Positions 36,740 to 48,528 of a stretch of 64,000 nt of DNA are shown in pieces. The position numbers were made by a program, and so were the translations under genes. The notes under the pieces were generated by a model. That model ran no database searches. It saw only the letters and a program-made list of their open reading frames with translations, and had not been told where the DNA came from. Within the stretch, counting starts at the first letter, position 1. Every line of letters begins with the position of its first letter. Location: NCBI RefSeq assembly GCF_006345805.1, contig NC_043005.1:76942001-77006000 (forward strand). The letters are read 5' to 3'. This DNA comes from Octopus sinensis. Taxonomy: Eukaryota.

Positions 36740-37190
36740 AAAGAGAACCTATCTCAAAAACAAGACATTATAATAATTTTGATGACTGCATAAATGATCT
36801 TATATATATATATGAACTTAGAAAATTGCGATGCAATAATCACAAATCATAAAACATTTGATATATCCGTGTAAACCTAATGACAAAGACATTCAGTACG
36901 AGATGTTTAAATAAGAGGTAAACGATGGCAGAATTACAATTTTATACAACAACACATCACATAATTAACGAAGTAATTCCCAATGCCACCCATTTCGTTC
37001 ATGAATTTTATTATTCATTCTAAGTTAATGTTCCCTTATGCTACTATACTCAACAGAATATTTACGTACATTAAAGTTTCCGACACACACTGTTTCTTTT
37101 CCCTCTTTCACTCCATATAAACACACACACACATATATATACGCACACACGTTTATGTAAGTATATGAATATACGTAAATATATACATAC

Positions 37191-37249
<59 letters not shown>

Positions 37250-37718
37250 GTACACACGTACACACTCACTCACACACATATATGCACAGGCACACACACA
37301 TATAATAATAGGCTCCTGTGACAGATCTTCACTAATGAACTTCTATTCACAATGTAGCCAATGGCAGTTCTGTTTATACGAGGAAATTATCGAATCCACA
37401 CTTCATTTAACGTAGGCTTCATCGTATAAGACTGCGTTAAGTCTCTCATATTTAAAATTTTGTGCATCTGATTTGAGTTTCCTTCAGTCCAGGCTATATG
37501 TTAATGCTTAAACAAATTCAGTTGAAAACTAATTTTTAATAGAAAAGTCTTAAGAGACTCGTATATGCTATTTCTCACAACCGTGTCAACAAACTGCTAG
37601 AAGTAGCAGTCATTTGTCTTTCTACTGAAATCCTAATGTCAGTATGAGATGATATACTGGATGTTCTAGATACTGATGTTTGAAAGAAGAGGAGTATCAT
37701 GTAATGACAAAAGAAAAC

Positions 37719-37719
<1 letters not shown>

Positions 37720-37786
<67 letters not shown>

Positions 37787-38060
37787 TCTGGTTTATTGGC
37801 CACAAGGGCTAACAAAAATCAGAGAAACATGTAAGGACAAATACAGGACGAAAAGTACAAAGGGTTTTGTCCGAAAAAATAGTCCGTGTAAACATTCAAA
37901 ATAACAACGAAAAATATATACAACAAGTAAAACTCCCAATAGGGGGAGGCGCTTTAAAGGTTACTCGTGGAAAAACCCATAAAATCCACGGGAGCCTGGT
38001 CAAAAGGGCATAGAGAGCCCCTTCTCCTTTTATATTACCTTTTCTTTTTTTACAGGTGTA
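37720..38060 (-). mobile_element. L1/Tx1-type 3'UTR with (ATT)n tail
   Basis: Minus strand ends ccttgtggccAATAAAccag then (ATT)n; homologous to 19970-20015. Confidence 0.55.
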
Positions 38061-38344
38061 ACCTAAGAATTGGTCCGTTCATACTGGCCATTTTTCCGAC
38101 ATTCACCCACCTTTCAATAAATTTGCTACGAATAATAAAATCCCACACGGGAGAGACATGTTTTAGCAAATGTTTTATTTTGGTTCAACGCTTTAAAAGA
38201 ATGGAAAGCATTTTAACGTCTCTCTCTCTCTCTCTTGTCCTTTATTTGAAAAGACAAAAGAACACGAAAACGTGTTGTATAAGTGAAAAGATCACAATAA
38301 TCTTCTTGAAGGAGATGCCAGTCGGTCGCAGGTTTATTTATTTA

Positions 38345-38505
38345 TAGCTGAGCGGACTGGAGCGAAGTGAAATAAAGAGTTTTGTTTACAACAAGAACTC
38401 AACTTACCGCCTGTTGCGGGAATTGTAACCGCAATCTTGCGATCATAAGTGCAACGTGTAACCTACATGGCCATCAGGCTCCATGAGCGAAAATCAAACT
38501 TCGTG
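38345..38505 (-). mobile_element. Degenerate CORE-type tRNA-SINE 5' half
   Basis: gctgagcggactggagcgaagtgaaataaagag aligns with 47915-47950. Confidence 0.6.
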
Positions 38506-39329
38506 TTGTTTAAACTGTGAATGTAAAAAGAAAGATGAATAAAATTATTATAAAATATTTATTTTCCTACTCAGCATTGTGTTGTTGTTTTTTTATTTTA
38601 CATTTGTGAAAAGAAGAAAAAAAAATTGAGATCTTGAAAATTCAGGCTGTCTCTTAATGCAAAATTTAATTCAGTTTTACATAAAAACTAATTTAAAATT
38701 CAAAGTATTTCGAGGCTGATAATTTCTTTAACATATTCTGAAAAATATGATTTTTCTTAAACACGATAAAAATTTCTATAAGAACGGTTATAACCAAACG
38801 AATTTATCAATGATATCGCATATACAAATTTTATAGATTTCTACATGAATAAAAGGCATGGTCGATCCTCGTGGGATTCAAAATCTGAACGAATAAAGAC
38901 ACATGGAAATACTACGAAATGTCTGGTTTCTTTGTACCGTCGTTTAGGAGATCTCTATTGTAGGTTTTTAATAAATACAATATTGTTTATTTATAAGAAG
39001 CCGAATAGGAGTAAAATACTCTAAAAATAGAAATCATGATATGCATATTTAACCATGGGCATAAGTGGTTGGACAATTGAAGTGAAATTGCTCCGAACGT
39101 GTATTAGAAATGAATTACATTTGCTTGTTTTTAGGTGTACCTCGTTCTCCGTAGCGTTTCTTGTACACTAATATTCTTTTATTTTCACAAGGCTATGGTG
39201 AGCATGGGAAACTCCCCAATAGGATGATGATGACGGTGGTGGTGGTGTTGGCGGTGGATCATCCTATTCGAAGACCATGAGTAAGAGTGGCCTCCTATGT
39301 GCAGACTTGAGGCTGCGATTACCAATACC

Positions 39330-39742
39330 TATTTCTTTATTACCCACAAGGGGCTAAACACAGAGGGTACAAACAAGGACAGACATAGGTATTAAGTCGA
39401 TTACATCGACCCCAGTGCGTAACTGGTACTTAATTTATCGATCCCGAAAGGATGAAAGGCAAAGTCGACCTCGGCGGAATTTGAACTCACAACGTAACGC
39501 AGACGAAATACTATTTCTTTATTACCCACAAGGGGCTAAACATAGAGGAGACAAACATGGACAGACATAGGTATTAAGTCGATTATATCGACCCCAGTGC
39601 GTAACTGGTACTTAATTTATCGACCCCGAAAGGATGAAAGGCAAAGTCGACCTCGGCGGAATTTGAACTCACAACGTTACGGCAGACGAAATACCGCTAA
39701 GCATTTCGCCCGGCGTGCTAACGTTTCTGCCAGCTCGCCGCC
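39330..39742 (-). mobile_element. Dimeric SINE (one head, two body+tail units, 180-bp period) with a 12-bp TSD
   Basis: gaactcacaacg at about 39484 and 39664; attaccaatacc at 39318-39329 and 39743-39754. Confidence 0.88.
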
Positions 39743-39884
39743 ATTACCAATACCATCTATTACCAATACTATCTGTTATCTGTTGCTTTCGCATCTTCTT
39801 CATTGCTTCAGGTTATTTCTTCTAGCATGCGGTAAGAGAGTCTCTCAACACAATCCGATCCCACTATTTAGTTTTGAGGTCTGA

Positions 39885-40235
39885 CCACAGACGGCTGCAG
39901 TGACCAGCGAGCTGTAGGTTTTAAAGCGATGTGGCTTCCTTCTAGGTGAATTGCCTTGAAAAAGTGAAGCGCTCCACCTACCCTGAAGTTGGTGGAAAGC
40001 TGTCAAAGACACCAGACACCAGACTGTCTGATGGATTTTACTCTTTGATTAGCTTTTACTTTCCCCAAGGCACTGAGAATATCTGCCTGTAGATGTTTCC
40101 ATATTCCATAGCCGGGATTGGGACAAGTGCTACGACTCCGGGTCAGACTCGGCAACAATAGTAGCTAAGTAAGGGATTCACAGCCCTCAAAGCCCTGGCA
40201 CTCCGGAACCAGGGACCCACTACCGGATACAGTTT
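39885..40235 (-). mobile_element. GC-richer repeat, possibly an RTE 5'UTR remnant
   Basis: Minus-strand gcaattcacctagaaggaagcc resembles RTE 5'UTR text from memory; no coding motif found. Confidence 0.3.
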
Positions 40236-40794
40236 CGAGTCATAAACGGGAAGTAGAATGAATATTAGAATACATAAACTGCCAGTTAGGTTAGTGTGGA
40301 GAATACCTCTCAATGAAGCCCAACTAAATTTTAAATTTGGTTAAAGAAGATCTTGCGTCATGTTGTCAATGAGAATCCAGAGTTGTTCTTTCTTAATATG
40401 GAATTTTCTTCTTTTTTTTCCCCGATAACCGGAATCCATTTAAATGCAGACGATAATTTCCGAGTAAAATGTTACAGCAAGTTTTAGAATATTTCGAGAA
40501 TAAACCAAGAAAAATATAAAGAAATTAATTAATATATTCTGCAGAAATTTAATTTTTATCTTGGAAGTAAAACATATATTCTTAAGCACTTGAATGCGCT
40601 CACATATAGATTTTCAATGCCGACACACGCATAGTAACACACACACCACACACACACACCTCAACAAGGGTGTACACAAACATCTACTTATACAAATTTA
40701 TACATACACGTACACTCACACACACACAGGCACACACATATATATTTGATTATATATATATAAACATATATAAACTTATATATATATATAAAAA

Positions 40795-40886
40795 TTTTTT
40801 TCCGTAATGAGATAAAAAACCAAAGGTGTGTAGATTTTAGAACAGTTATAAATATGTCTTGGTTTTTATCACATTACGGAAAAATA
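40795..40886. repeat. Short fold-back element (about 28-bp imperfect inverted repeats)
   Basis: tttttccgtaatgagataaaaaaccaaag / cttggtttttatcacattacggaaaaa. Confidence 0.8.
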
Positions 40887-41047
40887 TTTAATATACAAAC
40901 GATGATATATGACCTAGGTTGGACCCCTTATTCGCATAATCACTGAACCTGGAACTTAACCTGGTTTATCCATAACACTTATTCAGCATTACCTGATACC
41001 ATTGGGTCTCACTGACACCATTACCTCTCATAACTTGTATATATATC

Positions 41048-41090
<43 letters not shown>

Positions 41091-41349
41091 GTGTGTGTGT
41101 TTGTGCGTGTGTGTGTGTGTGTGTATAAATATGTCTGTATGTATAGGTATGTGTATATGCATACAAAAACAGCCTAAAATAAAGCAGTATTAAGAATATA
41201 TGAAAACATAATTGCAACAATAAAAAGAAAGTTATATTTAGGAGTAAAATGCTAGAGGGTGCCCAGAATCACCAATCTCTCACTCTCTCACTTTCTCACT
41301 CTCTCTCTCTTTCTCTCACTCTCCCTCCCTCTTTCTCTCGCTATTTCAC

Positions 41350-41385
<36 letters not shown>

Positions 41386-41387
41386 AG

Positions 41388-41425
<38 letters not shown>

Positions 41426-41717
41426 ATATATATAGGAAACTGGTCAACTACGAATGGCCAAACATACTTTATAAGAATTCTAAATCCAAAACTAAACCTA
41501 AGGATGTTAAATGATTGCATAAATATATTCCTCTCTCATATTTCCGAGTTTTATAATTTCATGTTTACGTTTTATATACTCTTCATGAAGTAATATCATT
41601 GATTCTGGATTCCAGTCGGATGGACACGTCTCTGTAATGGATTTCTATGAGCGGAGCTTTCTGCGATAGCCACATGATTCTCTTAATCCATGTCTTATGC
41701 TACCTCATACCACAAAC

Positions 41718-41755
<38 letters not shown>

Positions 41756-42044
41756 TACATATAATGTCTAAGTGGATTATAAAATGTGAATAAAACACCG
41801 GAATATACTACTGAAATCTATATGGACTATATAACTTAAGTTACGTTGATTGACAACTAAAATGTTTGTAATTACACACTAAACATATAGCAGTTTGGCC
41901 AGTACTTTCTACATTCAAACGGGTAATCATACATACATATATACATACATACATACATACACACATACATACATACTACATACATACATACATACATACA
42001 TACATACATGCAGACAAACAAAAATATATTCTTGTTGATGTTGA

Positions 42045-42262
42045 TTTCCAATAAAGGAGCCTTGGATCTAGTTTAGAAACCGACTCTTTCTCTATTGGCA
42101 AGAAATCTTGAAATAAACTGAATAATGACATACATACTACATATAAATATACCCTCTTGATGTTGTTGAAATTCCAATGAAGGAGCCTAGGATCTAGGTT
42201 AGAAACCGGCTCCTGTATTAGCAAGAGATTCTGAAATAAAACTGAATAATGACATACATATA
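42045..42262 (+). repeat. Tandem pair (126-bp period) of a retroposon-like 3' end followed by (CATA)n
   Basis: ggagcct.ggatctag.ttagaaacc...gcaaga...gaaataaa(a)ctgaataatgacatacata occurs twice. Confidence 0.75.
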
Positions 42263-42366
42263 TACTTTCATATATGTATACATTTTAAAAATTATTCTTT
42301 TTATTTTGCAAAATGACTTGATACAATCAGAATACGTAAAGAATGATTTTCTCAAGAGTTATTAAA

Positions 42367-42750
42367 TCTCTCTCTATATAAACGGCGGTTTGTCTGCCTG
42401 CGTGTCTGTGTGTCTGTTAGGTTGTACCCTCACCCTGACCACGGCTTTCAACCGATTCTGATGAAACTTAACACACACATAGCCCAATGTCATAATTCAA
42501 AACTAACGCAGCGAAAATTTTGAAAAGTTTCCCCAGTTCTGAAAAAAATCGATAAATTCGACATGGGTCGAGAATCAGAAACAACAAACCACAGACTGTC
42601 TAGGGGACGCACTCTCGACCTTTTTAACTCTCAAAAAAATTTACCATCATTTTTTTTCCATTTTTTTGCTATTTTTTGGCTATAACTCTCTAAAAATGCT
42701 TTATAGTTATTTCCCTTACAAACCCGAGCAACGCCGGGCGATACTGCTAG
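42367..42750 (+). mobile_element. Non-autonomous Helitron
   Basis: 5' TC(TCTC)TATATAAA; 3' hairpin CCCGAGC-AAC-GCCGGG (42723-42738) then CTAG at 42747-42750; inserted between A and T with no TSD. Confidence 0.85.
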
Positions 42751-43654
42751 TATATTAAAAAATCCAAAGAAAATTTAATGACACGAGCCATTTGGAATGA
42801 AGTCTTTTGTGTGTAGGTGCTTTTGTTGTTCAGTTTTGCAAATACAAGTTTTATAGTATAATCCGTAAAGAGGAAATTGTTTTGATAATGCTGCTATTTC
42901 CGGTTTACTTTCGAATTGTCTTTTGACTATCGTCTTATACTTTTCAAAGTAAAATAAGGGTAAGCTTTGAATTTTACAGATGTATGGATATTCGCGGATT
43001 GAGACATTTCGAAGTGAAGAGTCTTTATTTTGTTTGTTCGATTTAATTCTCATTGCACTTTGGGAATGAGATACCATAGATCAGATTCCTTTGCTTTGAA
43101 TGTCATGCAGCTTTGCAATGACCTTCGAATCCTCAACATTCTTGACTTGACAATATGTGTGTGTTTGTGTGCTTTTTTATGTATGTAGTCGGAATGTTCT
43201 TTATGTTGCCTGTCTCGTTTCTTTATTTGTTTCTTTCCTTGTTCGAAAAAAATGTCGTTTTCTACGTTTTTGTTTTTATGTTCTCGTTTTTCATTTTGTT
43301 GACGTTTTTTTCATATACCTGTACCCATATGTGCATGTATATATACATATATGTGTAGGTATGTACATAAAAGTATGTATATATGCATATACATATATAT
43401 ATATATATTATATATATATATATATGGAGAGAGAGAGAGAGATACGCGTTAATACATAAATACTAGTACTATATGTACATATTAAAGACCAGGCACGCAT
43501 ATGTTTATATGTTTGTGGGTGTTTTAGTGCATATAATATATGTGTGGTGTTGTGTGTGTGTGTGTATGTGTACCGTGTGTGTATGTATTTAAATGCATAT
43601 GCATATATATATATATATATATATATATCTTTATAAATATATAATATATATACA

Positions 43655-43699
<45 letters not shown>

Positions 43700-43701
43700 A
43701 T

Positions 43702-43766
<65 letters not shown>

Positions 43767-43941
43767 ATATATATATGTATATATATATTATTGAAGTAGA
43801 TAAATGAATTTTTCTTATTATTACAGATTAATTCAAATGATAACCGATACCTGGGTAACAAAACTCACAACAGAAAAAGCACGGTTGAAGTTACGACCAT
43901 GGGGCATAAAATCCGTGCCTTAGTGCGGAAATTTGAAGTTT

Positions 43942-44170
43942 TATATATTAAGTGTAGGAAGAAATGGAGCTGAACGAAGATTTAACAAAATTCCTTTATT
44001 TTCTACATATGTTTCGAAGGCTGCAAAGTCCCTAATTCGGATTGAATAAGGAGTCCATTTTGCAGCCTTCTCTTCAGGAAAATCCAGAAACTTAATTCTC
44101 CAACAAAATGCACAGCAACCTTTTCGACAAACGCCTCACGAGAAAAATTTCTTCCTACACTTAATATATA
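43942..44170 (-). mobile_element. 229-bp element with perfect 24-bp terminal inverted repeats enclosing a hammerhead
   Basis: tatatattaagtgtaggaagaaat (43942-43965) / atttcttcctacacttaatatata (44147-44170). Confidence 0.8.
43998..44083 (-). ncRNA. Hammerhead ribozyme, long stem II family
   Basis: Minus strand: ATTTTC-CTGAAGA-GAAGGCTGCAAA...TTTGCAGCCTTC-GAAA-CATATG-TA-GAAAAT; 6-bp stem I, 12-bp perfect stem II base, palindromic stem III; GUA cleavage between 44004 and 44003. Confidence 0.9.
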
Positions 44171-44175
44171 ATATA

Positions 44176-44213
<38 letters not shown>

Positions 44214-44944
44214 TATATATATATCTATTGGTGTATATATATATAGACTAGCCTCCTAAAGTGTAGACATGAATCTGTAGGTACGAGTACGTATGTGTAT
44301 ATACGTGAACGTATGTAGATGTTTGTACGTATGAATATAACGCGTGCGTACGTGTTGTGTATGAGTGTACGAATGGGTGTATGTCGTGCTAATGAGTGTG
44401 CGTGCGGAACGAGTACTTGCCTCTAGTAGACAGACATTGGACATACTGCCATCGCCAGGATCCTTAGCCCTAGCGATCAAAGATAACAAAAGTAATAAAT
44501 GAAGATAATAAAATTAAAATTAGGGAATGGGCCTGTATTTGATTGTGTATATATATATATATAATATATATATATATATTATATATGTATGTATGTGTGT
44601 ATGTGTAGGTATGTATAGGCACACATGTGTACGTATGTGTGTGTGTATGTATATGTGTTTATGTATGTATGTGCACACATTTTATTTTTTATATATATAT
44701 TATATATTTTTTTTTTTATATTTTTTATTTTTTTTATTTTTTTTTTATTTTATTTTTTTATTTTTATTTTTTATTTTTTATTTTATTTTTTTATTTATCT
44801 ATTCTTTCATCTAACTTACCACTGACTCCTTTACCACTCCCCCAAGTATGATATTTTGCGCTATGCCTACCCCCAAAAAAGTCCCCCACCACCACTCCTT
44901 TAAACCTGCCTAAATGTATAAATGCTAATACAATTCTTGTTAAT

Positions 44945-44994
44945 AGCTTCCTGAAGATTCTCTTGAATGAAACAGTACTAGTCCTGTAGAAGCT
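44945..44994 (+). ncRNA. Candidate monomeric hammerhead ribozyme
   Basis: AGCTTC-CTGAAGA-TTC(TCTT)GAA-T-GAAA-CAG(TACTAGTC)CTG-TA-GAAGCT; stems I and III are perfect, stem II is weak and lacks G10.1-C11.1. Confidence 0.55.
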
Positions 44995-45112
44995 CCTTCT
45001 ATATAATAAATTAATTTTACTCTGCTATGTATTGAGTACCTTACTTACTGTGGTTAACCCCGGATCAACCCGGACCTACATATAATATATATATATATAT
45101 ATATAATATTAT

Positions 45113-45209
45113 AAATAATATGTTACAATTACTCAATAGTCTAGATAAAACTCTGAGTTTCAGGATGCCGAAGTGGAAATGACTATTGAGTAATTGTAAC
45201 ATATTATTT
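45113..45209. repeat. 97-bp hairpin element with perfect 29-bp inverted repeats
   Basis: aaataatatgttacaattactcaatagtc / gactattgagtaattgtaacatattattt with a 39-nt spacer. Confidence 0.9.
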
Positions 45210-45746
45210 TATAGATAAATTTCCTCTAATATATTGAGGTCTCTTCTTTCTTTTGTTATCTTACCGTTTTTACCAATCTATAATATATATATATATATAT
45301 ATAATATATATATATTATATACACACATATAAATATGTTGTGTGTGACTTGTATAGTTGAATCACGTGAACAAGCTGTATTAGGGAGGAATATTCTAAGA
45401 AGCGTAGGAATACATTGGTAAATAACTGTAGTACTTAGTTCCATCTATTTAGTTCCTGATTTTCAACGCTAGTATATTTGATTTTTGCCTTTCGTTTGGT
45501 TTTAGAGCGATAAATCAAACACAATCAACTACACAACACATACAAGCATATGCAAACATACAAAACGCAAGCAAACACATTCTCTCTCACACCGACTCAC
45601 ATACACAGACACACGCATAGACGAGCGCGCGCGAACTCATTCATTTCAGTTTAATAGACATATATTTCGATGTGCAAAACTTTGCGTCGAGTTACTCTCT
45701 TACGTTCCTTTCTGTCCATATAGAAAAATTTGCATTCAAATGTTAT

Positions 45747-45843
<97 letters not shown>

Positions 45844-45848
45844 TGTTT

Positions 45849-45902
<54 letters not shown>

Positions 45903-45957
45903 CATATACATATATATCTATGCATATACATACATATATATATACATATAAATATAT

Positions 45958-46045
45958 ATATTATATTTGTGTGTATATATTACATACACACACACACGAC
46001 AATTCCAATAAATAGGATAACACATTTACACAATTTTTATTATGC

Positions 46046-46088
<43 letters not shown>

Positions 46089-46163
46089 TGTGTAAATGTG
46101 TTATTCCTATTTATTTGAATTGTCTGTGTGTGTGTATGTATATATATACACACAATATAATAT
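45958..46163. repeat. Inverted duplication centred on a (TA)n tract
   Basis: ...gacaattccaataaataggataacacatttacacaattt / aaattgtgtaaatgtgttattcctatttatttgaattgtc... Confidence 0.85.
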
Positions 46164-46182
46164 ATACACACATTATTATATG

Positions 46183-46267
<85 letters not shown>

Positions 46268-46659
46268 CATATGCTCATACAAACATGCATACACTGGCAT
46301 ACACATAATAAATATTCTCTAGATTGTTATGTGCAAATGTAGAGGCTTATCTCGAAGCTATATTTCTCAATATTCTACAACTTGGCTCCTTCGCTTTGTA
46401 TATTTGTAGTCGCAGGAAAAACTAATAGGTATTGATGTAGTTCAGAAGGAAATTCAATTTAATAAAACTCAAACGATATATGGCCTTCATTCTTGATATC
46501 AAAATCATATTGCCACAGGTATTTAATCTATCCACATACAGTGACGTTTCCTAATGATGTATACTGTTTGTTTAGATTGCTTTTCTAGATACAATGAAAA
46601 TCTTATTTGAGCTAAATATATGTAAAATCATTGTTATGCCATTATTATTGCATCTGTAA

Positions 46660-47660
46660 AGGCATCGAGCTGGCAGAATGGTTACAATGCCGACCAAAAT
46701 GGTTGCGGTCATTAGTCTATCTTTACGTTCTGGGTTGAGATTCTGCCGAGGTCGGCTTTGCCTTCATCCTTTCAGGGACGATAAAATATGTACCAGCAGA
46801 GCACTGGGGTTAATTGAATCGACTTTTCCACACCCTCGAAATTGCTGACCTTGTGCCAAATGTTGGAACGAATATTTCACATATATCAAGGCAGCGATAT
46901 GACAAAATCGTTTAATGCCAAGCAAAATGTTTAGCGGCATTTCGTCCGTCTTTTACATTTTGCGTTAAGAATTCCGCCGAGGTTGACTTTGCCTTTCATC
47001 CTTTCGGGGATCTATAAGATAAATACTAGCTTTGCACTGGAATCGATGTAAACGACTAGCACCGTTCCTCCAAATTACTGGACATGTGCAAAATGTTTAA
47101 GAAAAGGCAGCTAGTGGATGAATTGTTAGCATGTTCGTCATAAGGTTCTGAGTTCAAATTCCGTTGAGGTTGACTTTGCTTTTCATCCTTTCAGGGTTGA
47201 TAATATATGTACCAGTTAAGCACTGTGGTTGATGTAATAGTCTATCCCCTTCCCGCAAATTTTCAGTCCTTGTGGTCGGTAAACTAAAATAATAATCCAG
47301 TGGAAGTAAATATCTTGACTACTCCCTTTCTTCACCGAATTTCTGGCCTTATGGCTATGTCAGTAATAATTATTGTAATGTTGCACGTGTTTTTCACATT
47401 GAGCATATCAAGTGACATAAACATAAATAAGTAATAATTACACAAATCTATATTTAAAGACAACGAGCTGGAAGAATTGTTTACCGGCTGGACCAAATGT
47501 TTTGCAGCATTTCTTCCCGTTTTACGTTCTGAGTTCAAATGATGCCGAGATCGACCTTGTGTTTCATCTATTCAGGGTCGATAAAATAAGTACCTGTTTA
47601 GCGCTGGGGTTGGTGTAATCGACAACCCCACCCCTATTTCAGGTCTTGGTCTACAGGAGA
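46660..47660 (+). mobile_element. Head-to-tail cluster of four degenerate SINE copies
   Basis: Heads at about 46660, 46887, 47104, 47460; each has gccgaggt.gacttt...ttcatcctttc.ggg. Confidence 0.8.
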
Positions 47661-47709
47661 AAAAGTTAATATATATATATATATATTTGGATTAACTATA
47701 TATATATTT

Positions 47710-48040
47710 TTTTTCTTTTACTCTTTTACTCCGCCGGTTACGACGACGAGGGTCCCAGCTGATACGATCAACGGAACAGTTGCTCGTGAAATTAACGTGC
47801 AAATGGCTGAGCATTCCACAGACACGGTACCTTAACGTAGTTCTCGGAATAATCAGCGTGACAACCGAGATGACAAGGCTGACCTTTGAATACAAGTACA
47901 ACTCATTTTTGCCAGCTGAGTGGACTGGAGTAACGTGAAATAAAGTGTCTTGCTCAAGGACACAACGCGTCGCCGGGAATCGAACTCACACCTTACGATC
48001 ATGAGCCGATTGCCCTAACCACTAAGCCACGCGCCCTCAC
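47710..48040 (-). mobile_element. Full-length CORE-type tRNA-derived SINE
   Basis: Minus strand: A box TGGCTTAGTGG, B box GTTCGATTCCC, CORE-like TCCTTGAGCAAGACACTT, tail of short (TAAAAG)-like repeats. Confidence 0.85.
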
Positions 48041-48072
48041 TATATATAATATATAATATATATATATATATA

Positions 48073-48528
48073 TTGGGTTCTCGGAAAGTTCGTACCGATT
48101 TTTAAAGGAAATCTCCATCTTTCCTTTAACTTGAAAATACCCTCTTCCCAGAATTGAGGTGGTTTCATGGCAAAGAATTCATCAAGGTATCTTTTTACGT
48201 CCTCCAAGACCTGAATATGTTGAAATCCGAAGGAGCAATATCTGGTGAATATGGAAGGTGGGGTAACACATCCAAGCCAAGCTGCAGCAATTTTTGTCTG
48301 GTTTCCAAAGCATCAAGTGCCGAAAATGAACTTTCTTATCTTCCATTTTAAATGGTTACAGAATTAACACAGGTCATAGGAACATAAACCTTCTTCCACG
48401 AAAAGATAGCTTAAACTGTGTTCTAAATGGAGGTGTAGTCAAATCCTATTTTCTGGACTCAACCATTTTCTAAAATAAGTCTAAAGGTAAGCTACTATAA
48501 ATCGGCACGAACTTTCCGGACAACCCAA
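48073..48528 (-). mobile_element. Internally deleted mariner (Tc1/mariner) element
   Basis: TIRs ttgggttctcggaaagttcgtaccgattt / aaatcggcacgaactttccggacaacccaa; TA on the left; minus strand encodes EDVKRYLDEFFAMKPPQFWEEGIFKLKERW, mariner C-terminus-like. Confidence 0.85.

Noticed and set aside
44246-44470. Second Helitron (ACTAG next to TA run)
   Set aside because: No subterminal GC hairpin and no TC 5' end found at a plausible distance.
47960-48040. tRNA gene (also at 62187-62250)
   Set aside because: tRNA-like heads continue into SINE bodies and lack a complete acceptor stem; these are SINE heads.
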